Part shown: in pieces, positions 54,627-64,000 of the stretch | Numbering within the stretch: position 1 is the stretch's first letter | Layout: the number at the start of each line of letters is the position of its first letter | Position numbers and translations under genes: made by a program | Notes under the pieces: generated by a model | Database searches by the model: none | Seen by the model: the letters and a program-made list of their open reading frames with translations, nothing else | Told to the model about the DNA's origin: nothing | Assembly: GCA_003344405.1 (NCBI GenBank) | Contig: NOWV01000142.1 | Span: 1 to 64,000, forward strand | Direction: 5' to 3' | DNA: 64,000 nucleotides | Source: Trichoplax sp. H2 | Lineage: Eukaryota

Positions 54627-57600
54627 TTAAGCATATACGCCATTAGTATTGGCGGTTACATGGGAAATATTGTCACTTACGTGATTTGATGGATGATCGT
54701 TGCCTTGAGGTGTAGGCAAACCTCCCGCATTAACGTACCAATCGACTCCAGGCTGCGTTGTGTTAATACCAGCGGTATCGCGTGCAGTTAAAGCCTTCGT
54801 ATTTGGGCCTTGATCAAAAGATGTATGACTTGGCGATGATTTACTATGGGTCTTCATATGTTTTCGCAATGACGAAGGATGCGTGTATGCCTTTTCACAT
54901 CCCGGTACTTTGCATATATATGGTTTATCAGAAGTATGAACATGCGAATGTTTTTTTCTATCGCTGGAATTGGCAAATCGACGACCACATCCTTCAAACT
55001 CGCATATAAACGGTTTTTCACCTAATAGCAATAGTGATATTATTAAATACAATACAGTTATTTTTTGCGCGCTCTGCAATATATCTACTTATCTGATTGA
55101 AATCAATTCATTAATCAATCATACTACTAGATATTATAGACCTAGACAGATATTACATTACGAGTTCAAATATTTACTTTCTCTTTGATAACAGAAGATG
55201 ATAACGAAGTATGGCTCAGTTAACTTATATAAAGAAGTACTATATCACCCATGATGGTAAATCAAGTAACATTAATTGTATCATTAATCCACGTGGCAAT
55301 CAATAATGAAGCAATCATAACGTTATATTATTAAATAAAACTCGTTTCATAAAATGTAAGAGTAACATAGCTGTTAGAGATACAATTGTACAATAGGATA
55401 GCATGCCTACGATAAAATAATTAATGAATGGGTAGCGATTCTTTATAAACCATTGATCAACTTTGATTTACAATATGCGCGTAATCTGTTAACGGATACT
55501 GTATACAAAGTAGGCAGGAAAAATAAGAGCGTTACTACTAAAACTGTATGAAAGTCATGAATCTATCTGATAAGCATTATCAAAGCCGCCAGTGGGAGAT
55601 ATTACAATTTGTCTACTTCATAAATAATAAATCATTTTCAACTTCAATCGTAAATCAACACCGAAGAGGTACCGGTAAATGTGCAGCATGCGAATTTTAT
55701 AACGTAAAATTTACCATGATTCAGGTCGTACTAAGTTATTTTCAGCGCACTCATTGAAAATAAAAACATCAAGTATAATCTCTTGTTTTCTACCGTTCAA
55801 AAATACTAATTTAAAAAATTGATAAAACTTGCCTGTATGAGTCCTCTTATGGATTTTTAGGTTTTCAGAGCGGGCGAATAATTTGCAACAACTTGGAAAA
55901 GGACATTGAAATGGTTTCTCACCAGTATGTACTCTAATATGGTTAACTAGCTTATATTTGGCTTTGAACGGTTTTCCAGCACGTTGACAGTTTTCCCAAT
56001 GGCATGTATGAGTGGTTTGATCAGGGGCTCCAACATGGTCAACATTTAAATGGGAAACAATTTCCTGCATAGAACCAAAAGTGCGGTTGCAAACCTTACC
56101 AAAACGGCTACTTTGACGGTCCTGGTTAATCCAGCGACATGTCAATTGCTCTTGCTTGGCTTGCGGACGAACAGTTGGTATAATAGAGTGAAATGAATTA
56201 TTTGGGTCGTGATTAATATGACCATGGGCGGATGGGTAATCGCTAGGTAATCTTTGAGCATGTTGATTTAAGCGAGAGTTTTGATCAATGTTTGAAAAAT
56301 CGGTAAGGGATGGAGCCAAACCTAAATGGATAAATTAGTTCTTGCTTTAATTTACAACTTAAGTATATTATTACACGAAATTTGTAAACGCTAGGGTCGG
56401 TAACGCTAGTACATTGAACTTTTAAACACCCATCTCTATCTTGACTGAACATAGCATAAAAATATATAACGACTACAATATAATCAGTCGTCATTATTGT
56501 ATTGATGAATTAGATTATATTACTACGCAGTCATGACTAAATGAGCCATCGATACCAATGTGAGACTATAAAACTATCGATAAGGCACCAACTATGAACG
56601 TATTCGTAATAATTATTAAGCAGTAAAAGCTAGTAGGATAAAATGATAACGCTAATCTACATCTAAAATAATAATCTTAGATCACACAGTACTACATCCT
56701 AGGTTCATTTTACTACTGTGCCAGGACTATGATACACTGCATGTGTACAGACACTCTCAGCACGTTACTGAACATCATATCAAATGATTACTCGCAATGT
56801 GTCTTGCTTCCTATATTATCACTATATCCAATTTAATTTACTAAAATGCAAGCGATCATTTTATCTCGAGCAGCAATTGCAAGTTAAAAAAATACTTAGT
56901 ATAGTCTAAATAGTTTCCTGTTGCGGCTAAACACTATATTACAGTTTATCGCCGAATGTGAGACGATGTTAAATAAATACAGTTGTACCGTGCAAATATT
57001 TACATTTTCTTTTATTTTAGCTCATTTGGAGGTGAAATTCTACTGTATTTCATCTTCAAATGTGAATATGGTCGGTCTCTAGATTCACCATTTGTTCAAT
57101 CAAGGATAAAACAGTATCCGTAGCAATGAAGCCCACTATGTAGCGAACTGTGTAAATCACTAACGGCTGTCCAATATAAGGGCTTTTTAAGCATAAATAG
57201 GTCAACATTTCAACTGATTCAGATGTTGCAAAAAGAGATTTCAATTTCTTTATATCATTAACCTCTCCTTCCTTTTAAAATGTGAAGACAAACACGCCGT
57301 CTTTAAGTGAATATGGATTCAAGCTGGCAAATGATATTTGCGTTTTATTGAGTTGGCCAAATTTGCAGAATCAACAAGTTAGTTAGCCGAAAGCACGCCA
57401 TTGCCCCGGACACTGATGTCCACTTTCTTAACATACTGTAACGTACGGTGGTCCATGCTATCTTAATCAATCCAAAATTATAATCGCTGGAGTTGTGCTA
57501 GCCTCGCTTATCATATACTGTACAGCTAAGGATTATTAGAATTTGCATTTAATAATCCATGAAATTGTGCCTATTTGGCACTTGTTGATCACGAAACGAA

Positions 57601-59454
57601 ATTGGAGGATTGAATCCGTGGATTTATAGCGACCTATTCTACTACTTACTCGACATGGTTGCTCAATCATTCACACTAATCCATTTCCCGCCTGATGAAA
57701 TACTTTATGAAAAAATTTATGGATTGTGCTGACCTAAACTATTCACCACTCAGATTTCTCTCTTTCTCCGCATGTCTATAGTACAGTGTACAGTATTAAC
57801 AAAAGAGATTCTTCTGATGAGATCTAAATGGCAAGGCTGCCGTACATGCAACATGCTTTCAATTGTAGATACAGCAAAGTAATGTAACGGAAATTTGTTA
57901 CTGTAGTGAATATTAGTAGTAATGTCATCGATGTTATAGCAGTGTATCAATCACAACGAACATCCTGAATTGGGTGGATAAGTGTATTGCAGCTCTCAAA
58001 ATGGCAACAATAGCTAACCAACTTCAAAGCATGTATATAAACAATCGAATCTCCTGTACTCGTATCTTCTGGAAGTAGATTAATTAATTAAGCACGATCG
58101 TGATTCTCAGTGCCATACGAATTAGTTAGGCACAATATAAATGATAACAGTTAATGCTATTTATTGGAGCATAGATGCTTTAAAGGAAAGTAATCTACTA
58201 CTTTGAATTGCATAGCCCAGCTGGGAGCAAAAACATCACACGCGTATTAGGACACAGGCCATTGGTGTTCTACTTTCTGAGGACCCCGTGCAAGCTGTTG
58301 TTTCATCGCGCTCAGTAAAACAAGTTATCTGCGTGCGTACTTTTCGAAAGTAGAATACCCTCAATCAAGATGATTTATGCCTAAAATGCAATCATTTACA
58401 CATTGGATGTCTCCCTGAGTGGAATATGTTTGCTTTCTTATCTTAGAGAAGTATCGTATCCTAGTGTACAGCACGCTACCTTATAGCACATTCATAATTA
58501 TGATCACCTAGCAGCGATCTTGGAATCTACTCGCTATACTGCATGACGCTATCTGCAGAATATCACTTCACTAAAATACAACTAAAAAAGACAAACACAA
58601 CCTTCACGTAGTTCAATTATATTGATGGTGAACTAAAAATTGATATATCAAATAGTAATTGGAGGATGACTGATAGGAGAAAGTTAAATAGAAATGAAAA
58701 GCAACTGTTAGGAAGGCGTAAATTTGAATTAGAATCATTATAAGCACACCGGAGGGGTCACCACTCTCTACTGTGCTATTAACGAATCACTAGTGCATAC
58801 GATAGTATAGATTATGATATACAGTAGCGTGTCATTGGAAATTGTCAATTTGTGATTTATAATTAATACGATAGCAACAACAAAATGGTTGGGCAAATTA
58901 TTACTAAGCCCGTAATGTATCCAAGTCGATCAATATCCATACACAGTCAAAGATAAGCTTTACACTACTTTTTAATCATATTTATCTGAACAGAATGGTT
59001 TACCTGGGAAAGGCGGAGGAAATCGGGGATCTCGCGATGATGCGATAACAAAATCGCCAGTTAAATGCCTCGGATGAGTAGGATAATGAGCAGGAACTGA
59101 GTGAGGGGGTGGTGGCATTTGGTAGGTAGGATTGTGGATCGGAGCAGCAGAAGTAGTAAATGATGGCTGATTGGAAGCCTCATTTAAACTTTGATGACGC
59201 ATAGCATCGAAATAGGGATGAATGTTAGACGCAGTCATCTGTGGATCTTGTCCAGGATAGTCAGGCATTCTCATGGTAGGCGTATGTTGATGAATGAATT
59301 GGCCAAGCACTCCGTTTGGCGGTGGTTGGCAATCAACAGGCGGCGGAAAGCGAAGTGAATTCGTCATCGTATTCATGTTGGGATGATGTTGGACTGATTT
59401 ATTCATCGTTAATAATGATGAATCTCCACAATTCATTACTAGAGCGCTGTTCAT
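54627..59454 (-). CDS. Zic: Zic-family C2H2 zinc-finger transcription factor, 3 coding exons, ~444 aa
   Basis: Exons: 59454-59004 (Pro/His-rich N-terminus, donor AG|GTAAAC), 56321-55833 ([10 protein letters not shown]...[17 protein letters not shown]...[45 protein letters not shown]), 55021-54627 ([59 protein letters not shown]). Five Zic-diagnostic fingers; all junctions phase 1; total 1335 nt. Confidence 0.93.
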
Positions 59455-62400
59455 ATAGTGGTTGTTAAAGAAACGCTATAATGAGCGAAAAAAAAAGTAA
59501 ATCCAGGCAATCAATTAGTACAGTCGAAAATCATTTCTTCAATAGAAGTAGAAATACTGCACTATCTCGGTCATAGATAGCGTCCTTGTCTATACAACTA
59601 CTTTTCTACTGTCCAAGTGTAGTATATGGTTTATCAATCAAAACTATTTAAAAGTCACAAGTCAATCTAATCGTAGAAATCTTGTAACATTTATGGTCAT
59701 TCAGGACAATGGACACAGTGAAATGATGGAACTAAATATACTGCAACACGACAGTACCGTCCATGACGGAATAGCGACAAGGATTGGCACAAGCAATCCC
59801 AAAGGTGGATAAAACTATCTTCGAAAGAAAGCCCTGCTCATATATTACTCAGTCTAGATAATGACTACTATCGTCAAACGATATGATGTACTGTATACTA
59901 TGCTGCATGGACTACACAGTACTGTATGATCGAGTAAGCGAAGAAAGAATTGACTACATCAACTTGTGTCAGCGAAATGCAGCCCCTTCGCCGGTGTGTA
60001 AAAAGTCGAAGAAGAGTTCTGTTCCTATTAGCCTTCCAAGGTTGACAATCAGAGCATTCATGCTGGTGGACGGTACTATGATATCAGTATCCCATGATCT
60101 AGCCAAGTTATCGCGGCTAAATTTGATCGTAATTAAACATCTTGACTTGGATGTACTGTCAACTAAAATGCAAAGGCATTCAACTGCTGCATAGTCGTAT
60201 CGTAACAAGTAAAATTGTGCAATTGGATGATGTAGTATGAAAGAGTCGACTAAGATAGATGAAATGGCATCTCAACAGAGAAGCATTTTTTCCCTCCTAG
60301 TAGCCGACATCAAAAAAGAATGACACATCAATTAATGTCTGAATTCATCGATCCGTATCTAGTACTACTGTACTGAATACGAGTTTTGAATTGGTTCAAT
60401 GTCCTGCTCTGCTTGACTACTTGTAAAGAAGATCAAATATTTGACAAGGATAACAACTTTCCACTCTATTTCAGGAAGTTTAGATATAATACAATCAATT
60501 GAGTCGATAATAATGTTGGAATATTTACTGACTTTTCACTGCGGTGTGATTTCGTCAGGGCAAAATGACAGATTAGCAGAAATTGGCACAGCCCAGCGAT
60601 ACTTTCCGGTATCCGTAAAACCAAAACCAATGATAACAATGTATTTGAATTTTCCAGTGGATAGCTAACTACTGTGTACAAAAGGAGGACTTATCAATTG
60701 CACTAGCTCTGCACACGATGGAGCAAATTTAGGCAGCAGGCAAGCAGAGGTATAAACCCTAAAAACGACAACAAATTAGACCACCGGTCGTCAAAGATGT
60801 AGCAAGCTAATAAGACTCCCTCAGTTGACGGGTGATCGAAGCAACTAATTGAATTAGTTATTCCTGTGCAATAATAAAAAAGATTTTTTCCTCTCTGCAG
60901 CAACAAACATAACCGCAACACCTTGGGGGGTTGCACCCCATGACCGATCCATTGATTTATTCAAAAGTGATTGACGTAACAATGACAATCAAAGTCTTAA
61001 CTACTCGACAAGTCCAACTAAACCAGTGTCCTCTTCAAGGTCTTTTGACTTTTTATTTGCTCCTAAAAAAGGATATCTTGAATTAACATCATTTCAATCG
61101 AAAGATGAGTCGGCATGGAGACGCCCTGCGGCGTTATGGCGCCGTTGATTGGTTGTTCCTCTACAACTTTTCCATCGACTAGATCGGCTAAGTGGAGAAA
61201 CTTTTTTTTCTTCCAGTCTCGATCTTCAATGTTGTCAAGTTGTATTCATTAATGAGCGTGGATATTATTATTATTATATTATTATTTTTTCTCTCAAAAT
61301 GACTCCAGACCAAGACAGTAGAGTAGTATTGACCGCAGTAGAAAATCAGACCATGGGTGCGGTACACCAACTACCATCACTGTATCCGTATCGTACTGGG
61401 AAGACTGCAGTGAGGATTAACAGTAAATAATGATTTTAAACAGTCTCACAGTTTTATTCGTGTGATCTCTTCTTCGCTGTTGTACGCTGTATTCTCGACT
61501 ATAGCGTATTATAGTTTTTGGGGGTCGTTAATCACTACTCTTAAGCTAATAATATTAATTGTTAATGTACATATTCTGTAGAAAAAATACAATACCGTGC
61601 AGTTAGTCTTGCATAACATATACAATGTACATTGTACAGTATACTAGACACCATACACAATATACAAGCCTCCATTTTACCAGCCACAACTACTGTATAA
61701 ATTGATATACAATTGTAATCCATTCAATAGTTTCAACTTTAATCAATAAATGGATTGAATTAGTCAAGACAGTACACAGGATACTGTAGTCGCTGGAGAA
61801 AGTGATGCACTACAATGCGAGTAAAAACCAACGTCGTAGTAGTCTACCAGCGTAATTCAGTAAACATGTAAACATTGACAAATTCACTTCCTCCATGCTA
61901 ACTTTTCTTTCCTTATTTTCCTCGACAAGCAAGTTGGATACCTTGCAATCGACTGGCATGGGTTTTCCGCCAGTATTGAAATGATCATATTATCATATGT
62001 AAAAATTGACGGATTCATGATAAATAACTCTATGCTGTGCCCCGACAACACCAAATCAAAATTTGAAGAGCTGGACTGCACCACAGTCGACTGGTCTACT
62101 GTAGACAATATAGCAACCTGAGTAAGCACCAAGGGTAACTCACTTGAAAACTCAGCGTGCACTTCTCACTTCTCAGTAATGAATTGCCACAAGTTAGCAT
62201 GATTAAAAATGAAGACTCAATAAAGTTCATGACATTGCAGATGCTTCATTGCTGTGATTGAATTTTGGCAATGGGAAATATGAGCAGATACTCTCGACGT
62301 AGTGGTGATTATTGTATTAGTTGAAGACGAGTCCGTCATCCTAGGAAGAAATCGTTTACTACTGGATGCAAATCATGCACATTATATAGTAATGCGTGTT

Positions 62401-64000
62401 AATTTTCACTGTCGTGATTATATTGAACTCCTACCGCAACTTCCAACAGCTACATCTTTCACTGTCTAGCTTTAAATGACTTATCATTGCTGTAAGAAAT
62501 ATTCATTGCAATGAAATGCAAAGTTGGTTCAAAAATAAATACTGATCAACGTCTCGCTCTGTGATCAACTTAATTTGTCTACTAATTACCAATAATGAAT
62601 AATTATAGCATGCTTTCCTAAGACCGGACTACAAACCTACGGTTAACAGGTATAACGATAAATCACAAACCTATATTGAATAACGAAGTAGCCAATGCTA
62701 AATCAGAAGTATTTCCTATGTCATAAAAGACAGTATTTAAAATTTAAACGTTCAACGGACTCTACGGGAAAGAATAATTTATAATTAAATAAATAATAAA
62801 AGATATATGGAATCCAGTGTATACCGGAAGCACAGATTACATCAAAATTAGAAGAGTTTTTCACTGTCTGTTAGCGTTTGCAATACAACTACTGTATACT
62901 GTAAAATCTACTTTGGCCACATTTTACTCGTATTAACTGTAAAATAGAATTTTAAAATTCAGATATTTATTCACAGCAGTGAACATATTAACGTAAATAC
63001 CGCAAATAGTATAAATAAATATGAGATAATCCACCCTTTTGTACGGTACAGCAAATTACGTCAATTGTGAGCTATAGAGCGTGATAATGGTTAAAGGTGC
63101 CACCACTGCCACGTCGTATAGGCAGTAGAAAGTAAAATATGGCATGCAATCCATGAAAGACAAGCACACACCTTTAAGAATTTTTTTAATTTTCACCCAA
63201 GTCTCTAGCTTACTTCCTACTACCACCGATAAAAAAACTACAATTGAGTAATAAGGTGCATTAGGCGAATTACGCGTATACTCGTATTGTTAATATTTAT
63301 CGTGAGCGGACACACTGTAAGGTTATCGGGTTATACCGTATTATCACGCCATGATCTGTCGCATCCAGTAGCTATATTATTGATCTTGTGTTTATGTCAT
63401 AGTTTTTAATGATACAGCATTTATTCCTGTAGGCCTGCAAGAATGGTCACTAAATAATAACTAATTAATACATTATTTAGGCATTATAATGGCAATCATG
63501 GCAATTACTAAGGACTTAATACAACGACCTATTGCATTTCTATAAATTGGACGTAAATTGATTTGATGACATTTCAGAATATTTAGTCTAAAAGCCAAAG
63601 AACCCTTACCTCATTAAGTCAAAGAAGAAGCAAGCTCGTCAATACTGTTCACTATATCTACAATTCAAATGGCTATCATAAAGATACATTTTATTTATTG
63701 ACTAATGCTGTAACCCTATTGTGCTAAATCACTAAATAACTTTTACATATGGCTTTGAAGACATAAAAAAATACGAAATTTCAATATGGTGTTCGCGTGT
63801 GTGTTGTCTGCGAGTATCAATGCCGTATCCTAGCAGATACAAAATAGATTTATGCCTATTACTTTCCCATATCATCACTATTCTTTATTCGTCTCCTTCA
63901 AATATATTATAATGACATCATGACATTTATCTATTAGCACAATAAATTATGTAGCTATTGTCTCTGGAATAGGAGTCCTTTGCATCTTTTAGCTGCATTA

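Noticed and set aside
59030-59065. Zic ZOC motif ([11 protein letters not shown])
   Set aside because: Only loosely similar to the (S/T)RDF-x3-R consensus; too weak to call.
60720-60945. Zic/Gli-like sites (CAGCAGG, TGGGGGGT) upstream of Zic suggesting autoregulation
   Set aside because: Only two short matches, which are expected by chance.

Overview
AT-rich eukaryotic (animal) genomic DNA with spliceosomal introns. Gene content, intron style and composition suggest an early-branching animal such as the placozoan Trichoplax; this is an inference. Only four protein-coding genes can be supported in 64 kb: a two-exon SoxB2 (Sox14/21-like) gene (-, 13109-15172), a 7-exon H-NOX soluble guanylate cyclase of beta2-like type ending in a CaaX box (+, 29443-35561), a four-zinc-finger muscleblind/MBNL gene (-, ~37665-43515) and a three-exon Zic gene (-, 54627-59454). 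They are separated by long non-coding tracts containing tandem arrays, microsatellites and Sox-site clusters. Four observations stand out. (1) A 39-nt in-frame muscleblind exon encodes half of a bipartite NLS and has its 3' splice site buried in YGCY motifs, which looks like an ancient version of the vertebrate MBNL exon-5 autoregulatory switch. (2) SoxB2, MBNL and Zic (plus the beta2-type sGC) are tightly linked, mirroring the human 13q/3q/Xq paralogons. (3) The Zic 'A-intron' appears to use a GC donor. (4) There is a very dense cluster of Sox sites upstream of SoxB2. All gene models were built by hand from splice signals and reading frames, with no transcript evidence.
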